Of a stretch of DNA of 64,000 nt, positions 38,003-48,428 are shown piece after piece. Under the pieces are notes generated by a model. It worked only from the letters and a program-made list of their open reading frames with translations, did no database searches and had not been told where the DNA came from. This stretch comes from Candidatus Bathyarchaeota archaeon (GTDB lineage Archaea; Thermoproteota; Bathyarchaeia; Bathyarchaeales; Bathycorpusculaceae), in NCBI GenBank assembly GCA_003141855.1, contig PLNS01000013.1, positions 21,370 to 85,369 of the forward strand. The letters are read 5' to 3'. A program made the translations under genes and the position numbers. The stretch's first letter is position 1. Every line of letters begins with the position of its first letter.

Positions 38003-38026
38003 AATATTGTTTGCCTCAACAATATT
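38003..38026. promoter_or_regulatory. Inverted repeat AATATTGTT-N6-AACAATATT at the excisionase-like gene start
   Basis: Perfect 9-bp arms. Confidence 0.6.
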
Positions 38027-38537
38027 TTGTTTTTTCCCCAACAACATCAACTAATTTTAAATCGAATGTATTCAATATTTTCAACAAGAAAAGTGATTCT
38101 TCTTCCTACTTGAAAGTTAGATAAGGACCGGGTTAGCCCCAAAACAGCGGTGATTATTAAAAGACTGGGAAATGAATTAAAAAAAGACTCGGATCTTACC
38201 ATTAACTCTTTAATCATCGTCATGCGCTGAAGTAGGAATCATACTTTTACTGACCTTTTCCTTTAGGTATGGGGTATCCCCGGTATCAACTATTCTTAGA
38301 CTTTAGAAGACTTAGTTAATTATGAAAGAGTAGATTCAATCAAGAAATAATTATCCTACATTTTGGTTAAATCAGTATTTTGAGAAGGAATTATTTGGTG
38401 TCATATAATCAAGTGATGAATTGTAAAGGGGTAGGGTGGTTATGCACTTGCTTGGGAAAAGGTCATTGCTTCAAGTTAGCGGTTTTTTAAGCAATTTCAT
38501 GGATTAATTTTAATATAAGCAAAGGATACATCGATGC

Positions 38538-39086
38538 ATGCACAAAAAAAAGTTAGTCATTGTAGCCTTTGCCGTGATGCTAGTAATCCTGTTGTTAAGT
38601 CTTTACTATTTCCAGAATATTTATCATAGCACCGCTGGCAATACCGTTCAAAGTAGCATCAACAATGACTTACAACTTTCCATGACTCTTAATGCAAACA
38701 CAAGAACCTTTAAACAAGGGTCAGAAATCTATGTGATTGTAACGCTAACCAATATTGGTCATAAAGCCTTGAACGTTTCTTTCGATGTAAACTCATATTT
38801 AGGTTTTGATGTTAGAAATAGTGAAAACGTTTCTGTCTGGACAGAAGAAGGGGGGAACACTACGGTAGTAACCCTTGCCCCACAAAGAAGCGTTAGTGAC
38901 ACTTTTAATTGGTATACAGGTTATTACCGTTATACCCCACAAGCCCCACTTGGAGTATACCAATTAGTAGGCTTTTTTGTTACTGAAAATAACTTCACCA
39001 ACCGTTTCCAAACAGCACCGCTAAACATAACAATAGTCGAAGGCTCTTCACCAACTCCTTATGCCGAAGTGAAAATAGGCTGGTAA
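38538..39086 (+). CDS. Membrane-anchored Ig-fold (BsuPI-like) protein
   Basis: TM then LSMTL...FKQGSEIYVIVTLTNIG...GVYQLVG. Confidence 0.65.
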   Translation: MHKKKLVIVAFAVMLVILLLSLYYFQNIYHSTAGNTVQSSINNDLQLSMTLNANTRTFKQGSEIYVIVTLTNIGHKALNVSFDVNSYLGFDVRNSENVSVWTEEGGNTTVVTLAPQRSVSDTFNWYTGYYRYTPQAPLGVYQLVGFFVTENNFTNRFQTAPLNITIVEGSSPTPYAEVKIGW

Positions 39087-39439
39087 TAAGGGACTTCCAG
39101 TATGATAACCCGTCAGTCAAAAAAGGCTAACAGGAATATACTAGAACCAGAACGACTAAAGAGAAAGAAACGAACGAATACCATATTCTGTATATATTTA
39201 ATATCAAAAGGTAAGAGTAGCAACTTCCCCGTACCCCTTTCTCTCTGAAGTATCAGACTGCAAAGCGTGCTCTGACTGAGCGTATTTTATGCTGGAAAAC
39301 GTCTGAAGCCGCTGGATACCCAGTAATAGAAAGGGGGTGTGCATTAAATTTTAGTCAAAAAAATAAAGAGGGTAGGTTAACCTTGCCGTGGGAAAAGGTT
39401 AAGGATTTAACTTAGTGATTTGGCGATGCCTAAGTCCCT

Positions 39440-40033
39440 TCAACTTGGATTTATTATCATGGAAAACCAATATGATTCATCCAACTGCATGAATCGAGAG
39501 TTTTCATCCGTTTGCTTGGGCTCAGATTCTAGATTTATGTACATTGAGTATTGACCTATTGGTGCATTTTTTTCGATATGTAACGTAATTATAGTGGAAT
39601 TGGACATAGATGGTTGTAGGCTAACGGGATTAGGGCTTGAAGAGTAGCTAAAAGCACTTGTTTGAATTACGCTATCATTACCCGTGTTTGGTGGAGAATA
39701 CCAAGTGTATAAATTTACTTTAGGATTATACCACCATACTTGAATGCTTTTTACTAAGACTAACTCTTCGGGTCCAGTTGATGTAATCGTTACATTAACT
39801 TTCAGGTCGTTTCCCTGAGTAACATTGGTGTAATAATTTGGTGGTGGACCAAACTGATTGTCAATTATTGGACCGTTAACTACCGAAGTATTCACATTAA
39901 AAATGATTTGAGGAATAGGCGTACCGACAGGAGTTTCAGCTTTCTTAATTTGTGGCAAAATGACAAAATAAGTAAGAGCTACAATTAGTGCTATTATAAT
40001 GATTATTGCAAGTGAGAGGCTTCTGCGATTCAA
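39440..40033 (-). CDS. Membrane-anchored extracellular beta-sandwich protein
   Basis: Signal-anchor; APIGQYSMYI motif. Confidence 0.7.
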   Translation of the reverse strand: MNRRSLSLAIIIIIALIVALTYFVILPQIKKAETPVGTPIPQIIFNVNTSVVNGPIIDNQFGPPPNYYTNVTQGNDLKVNVTITSTGPEELVLVKSIQVWWYNPKVNLYTWYSPPNTGNDSVIQTSAFSYSSSPNPVSLQPSMSNSTIITLHIEKNAPIGQYSMYINLESEPKQTDENSRFMQLDESYWFSMIINPS

Positions 40034-40199
40034 TCAACGTCACATTGTTTAAGTTAGCTCTGTTTACTTAAAAGTTTTTTTAGACTACTTTTGTTTAAGA
40101 GTCAGGAGATTGTTCAAGGTTATTTGATTGAGCTGTCATTAAAAATTCTTTGATTAGGAAACATATAGTGGGTATGTACACTACATCGCTGGAAAAGGT

Positions 40200-41051
40200 C
40201 TACTTACTCAATGAAGTGGTCTTTCGATGTCTAAGTATCACAACAACAGATAATATCCCAACTATCAAAGGGATAACTACCAACAATGAAAACTCTGGAA
40301 CGGCAGGAGTAGGAGTTGATGTGCCTAAAGGATTTGAACCCATCAATGGAATTGCTACTGGCTTCATTAATGGATGATTATCCTGACAATAGATTGTTTG
40401 CGTGTAATTCTGCACAGTAGCATAAACATATGGTTGGTTGCCTATTCCTGAGTTATCAATTTCTGCAGCATTTGGGTACTTCGTTAAATAGTCACTCCAA
40501 TAGTTTCGGTCAGCAATTCCGCCAAAGCTTAACCATACTAAAATGTTACCTGTGAGGTTATTTTCAGTTATTGTGGCGTTTCCTCCGTAATCAAATGATA
40601 TTGCTGCAACGGAGCAGAAAGTTATGTTATTGTTAATACAGTCTCCTAGAAACTGGATGGAGGGTATGTAGTCATTGTAGAAAGTGTCATTTCCACCGCC
40701 ATTAGTGCCTATGCCGCCACTTTCAATATACAAGTTCTCGATTGTTACATTGTTAATAGTAGGATGTGTTGGGTTTTGCCCTATTCCGTTTGTTAGGTCT
40801 ATTCCACCTTGGTTAAGCGAATACCCTGCGCCGTCTATTACTATACTGCTTCTCTGAACTTGCATGTTGCCTGAAATGTTTGCTTTTAAAGCGTAAGTAT
40901 TGCCGACTTGCTGGATGCTATTTGTTCCTGCAACCGAGCCATCTGCATTAATTATTATGTTGCCAACCGTTTGTCCCTTGATAAGAGGAACACTAACCAC
41001 TAATGACGTTAGGAATATAAGAGAAACAACAAAGGCTAAACGTTTCTTCAT
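40200..41051 (-). CDS. NosD-like beta-helix surface protein with PEF-CTERM sorting signal
   Basis: Paralog of 3136; C-terminus PTPAVPEF-TM-RHRK. Confidence 0.8.
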   Translation of the reverse strand: MKKRLAFVVSLIFLTSLVVSVPLIKGQTVGNIIINADGSVAGTNSIQQVGNTYALKANISGNMQVQRSSIVIDGAGYSLNQGGIDLTNGIGQNPTHPTINNVTIENLYIESGGIGTNGGGNDTFYNDYIPSIQFLGDCINNNITFCSVAAISFDYGGNATITENNLTGNILVWLSFGGIADRNYWSDYLTKYPNAAEIDNSGIGNQPYVYATVQNYTQTIYCQDNHPLMKPVAIPLMGSNPLGTSTPTPAVPEFSLLVVIPLIVGILSVVVILRHRKTTSLSK

Positions 41052-41276
41052 ACCTTCCATCTCTCCAATAAATCCGTTAAGTGACATAATAAAAGTGTTT
41101 TCGTCAAAGTTTCTTGACTGATAGCTGAATAATAAGAGAAGGAATGTAATGGAAACATATGTAGTTCTTTAATTGACTGCACATAGGAATAAATTTTAAA
41201 GCATTTTTCATTAAGAAGAATATGCCATTTGCCCTCTCTGTACGTTTTACTTACGTTCTCGATTTTTAGTACTGTC

Positions 41277-42587
41277 TCATTCATATCGCATTGCCTCTGC
41301 TGGTCGGGTTCTGGCTGCTCTCCATGCGGGGTACAGGCTGCCCAGTGCACCTAACAGTACGGCGACACCTAACCCTAGTAGTACAAGCTCGGGGGTTATG
41401 GCTACGGAGATAGATGCCGACGAAGCAGCCCCGATGGATACACCTGTTTGGGTTACGGTGCTATTACCTGCCTGAGTTGGCGCGGGAAGCAGCAGGTTAG
41501 CAAACGAGGTTGCCCCGATGGTGCCTATTGCTATGCCGCCTATGCCTGCGATTAAACTTAACAGTACCCCTTCAAGCATGAATTGCCCCAGAATTGCTGC
41601 GCTGCTGGCACCCAACGCCTTCAGGGTTCCTATTTCGCGGGTTCTCTCACGCACCGTATAGAGCATGATGAATAGCACGATGGCGGCGTCCACTGCGGTG
41701 ACAACCGCAATCTCCAATGTACCTGTGCTTTGAATTTCACTCATCGTCGCCTGCGCCAGCTCCAGTTGCACGTTGGTTTGGGTTTGCATCTGTATAATCG
41801 AGTACACCAGCGATGCAGCTATCGAAACGGTGAGTTTAGGGTACATGATGCTGATTTTGGTGGCGACTTCGTCTACGTTGTGGACGTCGTCGACGAAAAC
41901 CTTAAAGTTGGTTACGTTTCCAGCGTTGTCTGTTATGGTTTGGGCTTGGTTGAGGTTCATGTAGGCGGCGGTTTTGTTAAGCGGACTGTACCCGTCTATG
42001 CCGACGACTTGGAAGGTTTGGTTTAAAATCTTCACTGTATCGCCCACCTGTACGCCGAAGTTGTCTGCGACCCGTTGCTGCAGCACCACTACGCCACTGT
42101 CGCCGACTTGGAGGTTGCGTCCCTCTGTGATGTTGGAGGGCAAAAGCAGCGAGTACATGTCTATCAGAGAGGCGTCATCGAGCGGTATGCCGTAGATGTT
42201 ATAGTCTAAGTTGCTGTCGTTTGCGGCTTGGTCAAGGATAGGTATAACGCCCCTAACATGTGGAATCGACGTTATGTTCGAGTAGTCTGTGTTGTTCATA
42301 AGCGGCTGCACCTGGATGGTTTCAGCCTTTGAGTCCGGATTGGGAACCGAGATGGCTGGAAGATGGCATTCTATTTGGGTTGCCACTATGCTCATTGTGG
42401 CGTTGACGGCTTGCGCGTTAGCTGTTAGGGCATCAATCGTTTTCTGTGTGGTGGCTTGGCTTTGTGTGATGCTTGGCGGAAGCGAAATTAACATCGCCAG
42501 GGCAAAACTCAACACCACAATCACCAAAAGCGACCGGGTTTTTCTTCTCGATATGTTTCTGGTTGCTCGACTTAATATCCCCATCAT
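41277..42587 (-). CDS. MacB/FtsX-family ABC permease
   Basis: N-terminal TM, large extracellular domain, ERTREIGTLKALGA, YPAWRAARTRPAEAMRYE. Confidence 0.9.
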   Translation of the reverse strand: MMGILSRATRNISRRKTRSLLVIVVLSFALAMLISLPPSITQSQATTQKTIDALTANAQAVNATMSIVATQIECHLPAISVPNPDSKAETIQVQPLMNNTDYSNITSIPHVRGVIPILDQAANDSNLDYNIYGIPLDDASLIDMYSLLLPSNITEGRNLQVGDSGVVVLQQRVADNFGVQVGDTVKILNQTFQVVGIDGYSPLNKTAAYMNLNQAQTITDNAGNVTNFKVFVDDVHNVDEVATKISIMYPKLTVSIAASLVYSIIQMQTQTNVQLELAQATMSEIQSTGTLEIAVVTAVDAAIVLFIMLYTVRERTREIGTLKALGASSAAILGQFMLEGVLLSLIAGIGGIAIGTIGATSFANLLLPAPTQAGNSTVTQTGVSIGAASSASISVAITPELVLLGLGVAVLLGALGSLYPAWRAARTRPAEAMRYE

Positions 42588-42601
42588 TTTTTACCTTCAG
42601 A

Positions 42602-43891
42602 TTAAATAAACAAAGAAGGCTGTTCTTTTGCCCGATTAGCCAGTCGGGTTGGTTGTGGCGCTTGTTTTTCTTTGTCGCTTAAGCTTGGCGTTGGCTTTGA
42701 GCTCGTCGGGTTAGATTTGGCTTTTTTCTTTTTCTTTACAACGATGACCACGGCGAGGACTGCTATGATTGCAACAAGCACAGCAATTATCAGCAACTGA
42801 ACGGGCGGTATCAAATCTGGAGTATAAATTGTCGATGTGTAGGGCACTATGTTTATCACTGAAACGGTGCCGAGTCCTCCATTGGTGATGTAGGCATATT
42901 CGCCGTCGGATGTTATGGCCATGGCATAAGGTGTGCTTCCAAGAGGCGTCTGTATGGTTGAGGTGACCTTGTTGGCAACGGTGCTTATCACTGAAATTGA
43001 GCTGTTAATTAGATTTGAGGGCTTAAAAATTTCGTCAGTGCCGAGATTTGTGACTAAGGCGTATGTGCTGTTGGGCATTATAGCTATACCGCGGGGAGAG
43101 GTTCCAACATTAACCGTCGCAGTCACACTGTTTGATGCTGTATTTATCATCGAGACAAACCCGTCTTGTGCTTCGGGGTTCTCGTTTTTAGATAGGCTTA
43201 TGACATAGACGTATGCGCCGTTGGGTGCTATAGCTAAACTGTGAGGGTAACCGTCAACAGATATTTTTGTTTTCACAGTGTTGGTTGCTGTGTCTATGAC
43301 TGAAACGGCGCCTTTGCTATCCATAGTTTCATAGTTGAAATCGTTCTCGGAGACGTAGGCATATTTCCCGTTTGGAGTTATGGCTATGCCTTCAGGGCTG
43401 CCATCAAGGGGTATTGTCGTCGTCACCTGATTGGTGGCTGTGTTTATCACCGACACCGATGAGTTGCCGATGCTTGCAACATAGGCGTATTCGCCATTAG
43501 GCGTTATTGCCACATCGTTAGAGGTGCTTCCAACAGGTACCGTCGCCGTCACTGTGTTTGTAGCCGTACTTATCACTGAAACCATGTTGCTGCCCTGATT
43601 GACAACATATGCATATTGACCGTTGGGTGCTATTGCCACGCAAACAGGCGAACTTAAACCGGTTACCGTCGCCGTTACCTTGTTTGAAGTTATGTTTATG
43701 ACTGAGACTGAGTTGCCTGCGGAATTTGCAACATAAGCGTATTGGCCATTGGGCGTTATAGCTACACTGCAGGGGGTGCTTCCAACCGGTATCTGTGCGG
43801 TATCGGTGGCTCCGACCAGTGAAGGCAAAGAGGCCAAAACGCAAAGAAAAAGAAGAGCGCAGGCGGCCCAAGTTTTTGTTCTTTGCTTCAT
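42602..43891 (-). CDS. YVTN-repeat beta-propeller surface protein
   Basis: About 7 repeats of VAITPNGQYAYV.N..SN.VSVI; C-terminal TM. Confidence 0.9.
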   Translation of the reverse strand: MKQRTKTWAACALLFLCVLASLPSLVGATDTAQIPVGSTPCSVAITPNGQYAYVANSAGNSVSVINITSNKVTATVTGLSSPVCVAIAPNGQYAYVVNQGSNMVSVISTATNTVTATVPVGSTSNDVAITPNGEYAYVASIGNSSVSVINTATNQVTTTIPLDGSPEGIAITPNGKYAYVSENDFNYETMDSKGAVSVIDTATNTVKTKISVDGYPHSLAIAPNGAYVYVISLSKNENPEAQDGFVSMINTASNSVTATVNVGTSPRGIAIMPNSTYALVTNLGTDEIFKPSNLINSSISVISTVANKVTSTIQTPLGSTPYAMAITSDGEYAYITNGGLGTVSVINIVPYTSTIYTPDLIPPVQLLIIAVLVAIIAVLAVVIVVKKKKKAKSNPTSSKPTPSLSDKEKQAPQPTRLANRAKEQPSLFI

Positions 43892-44631
43892 TCTTCCTGC
43901 GTCTCCTCTGCTTTTGATTGATTGCCCGAAAGGGTTGATTTTTGGGTTTGTTTGTCTTTGAGGATTTTTCCGTTGTTTAGAGTCAGCATCCGTTGAGTCT
44001 GCGCTGCAACTTGCTCGTCATGTGTCACCATGATGATGGTGGTGCCCTGTTTTTGGTTGAGGTCTAATAGCAGCTTTACGATTTCCTGTTTGTTGTTGAC
44101 ATCGAGGTTTCCGGTGGGTTCATCCGCTAAGATTATGGCTGGGTCGTTGGCTAAGGCGCGGGCGATTGCGACTCTTTGCTGTTCTCCTTGGCTTAACCGT
44201 TGAGGCCGGTGCTGTTCTCGTCCTGAGAGGCCGACTGTGTTGAGGAGGTCTTTGGCTCTTTGTTTGCGTTGTCCCTTGAATTTGCCTGCAAGCTCCATGG
44301 CTAACTCGACGTTTTCGCGGGCGTTAAGGTAGGGTAGCAGGTTGAAGTTTTGGAAGATGAAGCCTATTTTGTCTCTGCGTATCTTGTAGAGCTGTGATTC
44401 GGGTAGGTGCGCGATGTCTACGTTGTCTATGAGTACGCTGCCGCTTGTTGCTTTGTCGATGCATCCGATGATGTTTAGCAGGGTGGTTTTGCCGCTGCCT
44501 GATGGTCCCATGATGGCGGTGAATTCGCCTTTTTTTACTTCAAGGTTGAGGTTGGTTAGGGGTTGGACGTCTCGTTTGCCGAGTTTGTAGGTTTTAGTTA
44601 GGTTTTCGATTTTTAGTACTGAATCATTCAT
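43888..44631 (-). CDS. ABC ATP-binding protein (MacB/LolD type)
   Basis: GPSGSGKTT, LSQGEQQRVAIARAL, ILADEPTGNLD, THD. Confidence 0.95.
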   Translation of the reverse strand: MNDSVLKIENLTKTYKLGKRDVQPLTNLNLEVKKGEFTAIMGPSGSGKTTLLNIIGCIDKATSGSVLIDNVDIAHLPESQLYKIRRDKIGFIFQNFNLLPYLNARENVELAMELAGKFKGQRKQRAKDLLNTVGLSGREQHRPQRLSQGEQQRVAIARALANDPAIILADEPTGNLDVNNKQEIVKLLLDLNQKQGTTIIMVTHDEQVAAQTQRMLTLNNGKILKDKQTQKSTLSGNQSKAEETQEE

Positions 44632-45976
44632 ATCTCATGGCCTCCGCGGGGCGTGTTCTTGCAGCTTTAAGGGCAGGATACAGGCTTCCAAGTGCACCCA
44701 ACAGTATGGCAGCGCCTAATCCGAGCAGCATAATTTCGGGAGTTACAGAGGCAGCGATAAAGTTGGTTTCGTGGCCTGGGATAACGGGTGTTTTCCCAAA
44801 GGACACCATTCCCGGTTGCAGAACGACGGTTCCGTTTGGATCCCATCCTATACCGACTCCGGTTTGCACCGGCATTGGCAACAGCACGCTGGCTAGTGTT
44901 GGTAGGACAAAGACGCCGACTGCTATGGCAATTACAGCAGCTATCACGCTTAGCAGCACGCCTTCAAGCATAAATTGCCCCAGAATCTTTGCGTTGCTGG
45001 CGCCCATCGCTTTGAGGGTGCCAATTTCTTTGGTTCTTTCTCGGACACTGTAGAGCATAATGAACAGAATTATTGCGGTGTCTGCGATGACGGCGATGCT
45101 TATTTCGATTAGACCAGTGCCTTGAATTTGGTTAAGGTTGTTTTGTGCTGCTTGGGTTAGTACGTTGATTTGGCTCTCCAACGGTTGGGCTGTGTTTAGC
45201 TGGGATAGGCCTGCTGAAACCTCCAGTTTAGGGTCTAGGCTGCGGATTCGTGATACGACGGTGTTGACGTTATCGATGTTGTCAGCAAATACTTTGTATG
45301 CCCATGCTTGCCCAGTACTGTTTGTGATGGCTTGAGCGTCTGCTAAACTCATGGTGACGCCATTCGCACCGCGTGGTAGCTCCAGACCCTCGATGCCTAC
45401 AACCGTAAAGTTTCGTCCCAAAATGGTGACGGTGTCGCCTAAGCTTGCACTCAAATTCTCTGCTGCGTGCTCGTCGAGGATAACAACGCCGCTATCGCCA
45501 ACCTGCAGGTTTCGTCCTTGGGTGATGTTTTGCGGTAGAATTGTTGGGTCCATCTGGAAAGAAGCGTTCTCTAGGGGTACGCCGTAGATTTGATACGACC
45601 TGTTGGCTGTGGATAATTCAAGAAATAGGGGTATGACGTTGGTTACGTCTGGGAGTGAGGTGATGTTGTTGAATAGTGATTCGTTCATTAGTGGCTGGGT
45701 AAGCCAGATGGTTCCATGACCTATCATTGTGTTGGGGTCAAAGGATATTGTATAGTCGCATTGTATTTCGGTTGCTGACAAAGTTACGGTTGTTTTAAGG
45801 AAGTCGGCATTAGCGATTAGGCTATTGATTGCTTTTTGGGTGAGTGCTTGTCTTGCGTTGATGCTTGGCGGCAGGATAATTAACATTGTTAAGGCAAGGC
45901 TTAATGCGATAATTACAACTAAGGCTCTAGTTTTTCTTCTTGATAGATTTCTGGTTGCTCTTGTTAGTATTCCCAT
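44624..45976 (-). CDS. MacB/FtsX-family ABC permease (second subunit)
   Basis: Paralog of 41277; same motifs. Confidence 0.9.
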   Translation of the reverse strand: MGILTRATRNLSRRKTRALVVIIALSLALTMLIILPPSINARQALTQKAINSLIANADFLKTTVTLSATEIQCDYTISFDPNTMIGHGTIWLTQPLMNESLFNNITSLPDVTNVIPLFLELSTANRSYQIYGVPLENASFQMDPTILPQNITQGRNLQVGDSGVVILDEHAAENLSASLGDTVTILGRNFTVVGIEGLELPRGANGVTMSLADAQAITNSTGQAWAYKVFADNIDNVNTVVSRIRSLDPKLEVSAGLSQLNTAQPLESQINVLTQAAQNNLNQIQGTGLIEISIAVIADTAIILFIMLYSVRERTKEIGTLKAMGASNAKILGQFMLEGVLLSVIAAVIAIAVGVFVLPTLASVLLPMPVQTGVGIGWDPNGTVVLQPGMVSFGKTPVIPGHETNFIAASVTPEIMLLGLGAAILLGALGSLYPALKAARTRPAEAMRYE

Positions 45977-45998
45977 TTTTTTGTCTCCCGATTATACC

Positions 45999-46139
45999 TA
46001 CTATCCTGTATGGTAGAGCTTATAACACTTACCATTATCTATGGTAGGTGAATGGCAAGCGCCCAACAGCGAAATAGTTTTTTGTTTGACGTATCGCCTG
46101 ATTTTGGAAAAATTTAAAAGCCTACCATCCCCTATGGTA
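45999..46139. promoter_or_regulatory. Three TACCAT-N5-ATGGTA operators in the divergent promoter
   Basis: 45999-46015 (TACTAT), 46030-46046 and 46123-46139; TATA-like TTATAA at 46020 and TTTAAA at 46113. Confidence 0.8.
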
Positions 46140-46153
46140 CTTGAGGAAAAACA

Positions 46154-46612
46154 ACGACAGAAGAGAAAAAAACAGCCGTCTCTCAATATAATGTTCAAGG
46201 AAAACAACTAGAAGCCTTCCTAGGACCACTAGAAGCAAGCATACTTCAAACGATATGGTGCTCAAAGAAAAGACCCATCACAGTAAGAGAAGTACTGGAC
46301 GAACTCAGAAAGAAAAAACCCGTCGCCTACACCACCATCATGAATACAATGGATAGGCTATACGAGAAGGGTCTGCTTGACCGAAAAATCGAAAAAAGCA
46401 AAGGCGGTGCCTATCTCTACTATGTTTACTGGCCAAAGCTTGAAGAGGCAAACTTCAAGGAAGCTGCGGTTCGCCAGGTACTCGGCAGCCTTATAGACAA
46501 CTTCGACGAACTCGTCACCAACTGTCTAGTTGAGAAAGCTGCATTGGATGATAAACAGTTAGAGGCACTTAAAGAGAAAATCGATAAGACCCTAAAGGAA
46601 AAGAAGAAATGA
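46154..46612 (+). CDS. BlaI/MecI/CopY-family repressor; ACG at the expected start
   Basis: LGPLEASILQTIW...ITVREV...VAYTTIMNTMDRLYEKGLL; the frame is open from 46145 with no ATG/GTG/TTG before 46340. Confidence 0.8.
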   Translation, partial: TTEEKKTAVSQYNVQGKQLEAFLGPLEASILQTIWCSKKRPITVREVLDELRKKKPVAYTTIMNTMDRLYEKGLLDRKIEKSKGGAYLYYVYWPKLEEANFKEAAVRQVLGSLIDNFDELVTNCLVEKAALDDKQLEALKEKIDKTLKEKKK

Positions 46613-46619
46613 CCAAGTT

Positions 46620-48053
46620 ATGGTAGGCTTAAACGATTTCCTGTTTCAAATCTTGCAGCCATACTTCTTTTATTCAGTAGTGTTTCTCTCCATAGCCTTT
46701 GTCTCCGTCAAGATTTTTTTGAAGTTTAATCCCCTTATCTCACGGCGAGTTCAAAGTATCCTATGGCTTATACCGCTTCTTGTCCCAGTCACCGTATTGT
46801 TGCTTTTTCATCCCCAAACAGTAATAAGCGCCATGTCTTTTGCGTCTCAGATTTCAGTTCCAGCTGGCATGGGCGTTGCTTCGGCGGGCCCCAGCTTTTT
46901 GTCGTTCACAGGGTTACTGTGCATCGGCGGAGCAGTTGCAGCTGTAGTTTACTTTGGATTCATGGTGTTTTTTGGGCGGAGGATCGCGCTTAAGCGGTTC
47001 CATGTTGTTATGATGGCTCAAGACGAGTATACACCGCTACAGGAGAAAGTCAAGGAAACCGCACATAAACTGGGCATTTCCGAGCCCAAAGTCGGCTTAG
47101 TCGATGACCTGTTACCCAATGCCTTCACAGTCGGCTATGGGCAAAATACAGTAGTAGTTTTCTCTTTGGGTCTTCTAAACATGCTTGCCCTTGACGAGTT
47201 GACCGCTGTTGCATCCCATGAATTGGCTCATGTCAAAGCAAAAGATTACTTATTCAAAACCACTTCATACACCCTAAACATTCTTTCTTTCTTTAACCCG
47301 CTCTCATATTTGGCAGCTTCTCAGTCTCAAAAGGAGCGTGAGTTGCTTGCTGACCAGAAAGGTGCTGCTTTACTTGACAAACCTGCGTTGATGGCAAAGG
47401 TACTTACAAAGGTTCAAGCGATGGTACAAGAGTTTCCCAAGCCAAATCTTGCAGATAGGCTTTCCTCCAGCTTGTTTCTTGTATTCCCTCTTGCTCATAG
47501 ACCGGGAATACTTGCCTCTCACCCGCAAATAGCCCAAAGAGTACAAAACATACATGCCGTTGCTTCTGCGCCCTCTAAAAAACGCCGATATGTGATTGCT
47601 ACCGCCTTGCTGTTAGGCATTCTTGTTTGTGCAACAATAGCGGTGGGGTATTCAACTATACAGGCTCAAAATGCATTTAGTCAAAAAGCAAACGCCGCTT
47701 TAGTCAATGGACAAAGTTTCTATCTTTATAATGAATCGTATCCTTTCGACCCTAGTAGCCCAACAGGCATCTTTTTTGCCAACGAATCGAGCCTGCAGCT
47801 TTTTCTATCATCTTTACCGCAAGGCAGTTCTTATGTGGGTTGTTATGTAGATGGCAATGGAATAACTCACACGTATACATCATCGATACCAAATATTGTT
47901 GTAGTCAGTGGGCAAAGTGTCTTAGTTAATGGGCAAAGTTCCTTTTTTGGCAACATGACATATCCTTTTGATCCTGCTCACCCAACGGGTAACTTTGTCA
48001 TCAATCAAGGGAGCTTGCAAAATTCTCAGCAAGACGACTGGCTTTACAGATAG
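46620..48053 (+). CDS. BlaR1-like membrane zinc metallopeptidase (M56/M48) with C-terminal extracellular domain
   Basis: TM segments, PNAFT.G, HELAH, ELLAD, SHP; duplicated YPFDP..PTG motif. Confidence 0.85.
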   Translation: MVGLNDFLFQILQPYFFYSVVFLSIAFVSVKIFLKFNPLISRRVQSILWLIPLLVPVTVLLLFHPQTVISAMSFASQISVPAGMGVASAGPSFLSFTGLLCIGGAVAAVVYFGFMVFFGRRIALKRFHVVMMAQDEYTPLQEKVKETAHKLGISEPKVGLVDDLLPNAFTVGYGQNTVVVFSLGLLNMLALDELTAVASHELAHVKAKDYLFKTTSYTLNILSFFNPLSYLAASQSQKERELLADQKGAALLDKPALMAKVLTKVQAMVQEFPKPNLADRLSSSLFLVFPLAHRPGILASHPQIAQRVQNIHAVASAPSKKRRYVIATALLLGILVCATIAVGYSTIQAQNAFSQKANAALVNGQSFYLYNESYPFDPSSPTGIFFANESSLQLFLSSLPQGSSYVGCYVDGNGITHTYTSSIPNIVVVSGQSVLVNGQSSFFGNMTYPFDPAHPTGNFVINQGSLQNSQQDDWLYR

Positions 48054-48428
48054 TAGTACAATAACTAACACTTTTCCAAGCGCGGCAAATGTTACTTTAT
48101 CTCTAAAGATGGCGCAAACGCCACTATATTTTGGGCTAATCAGTCTCAAACGTCAGGATAAAAGGCAATTATAAGGCTGATTTTTTTGTTAATGATTATT
48201 CCAGTGGCGACGTATATAGTCAGCCATCGCCGTGCCAACTAAAGAGCGCTTGCATTGACCCTGACTTCTAATTTTGCTCTCTAATCTGAACGTTAAGAAC
48301 TCATTTGTTTTACCCAAATCACTTTTTCCTTTTCGAAGCTTTTTGCAGAAATCCTATGGGATGAGTAAACTACATAACGATCTAAGTGACATATGACATA
48401 CGTTTAACATTTGACGGATGGCTATGGA

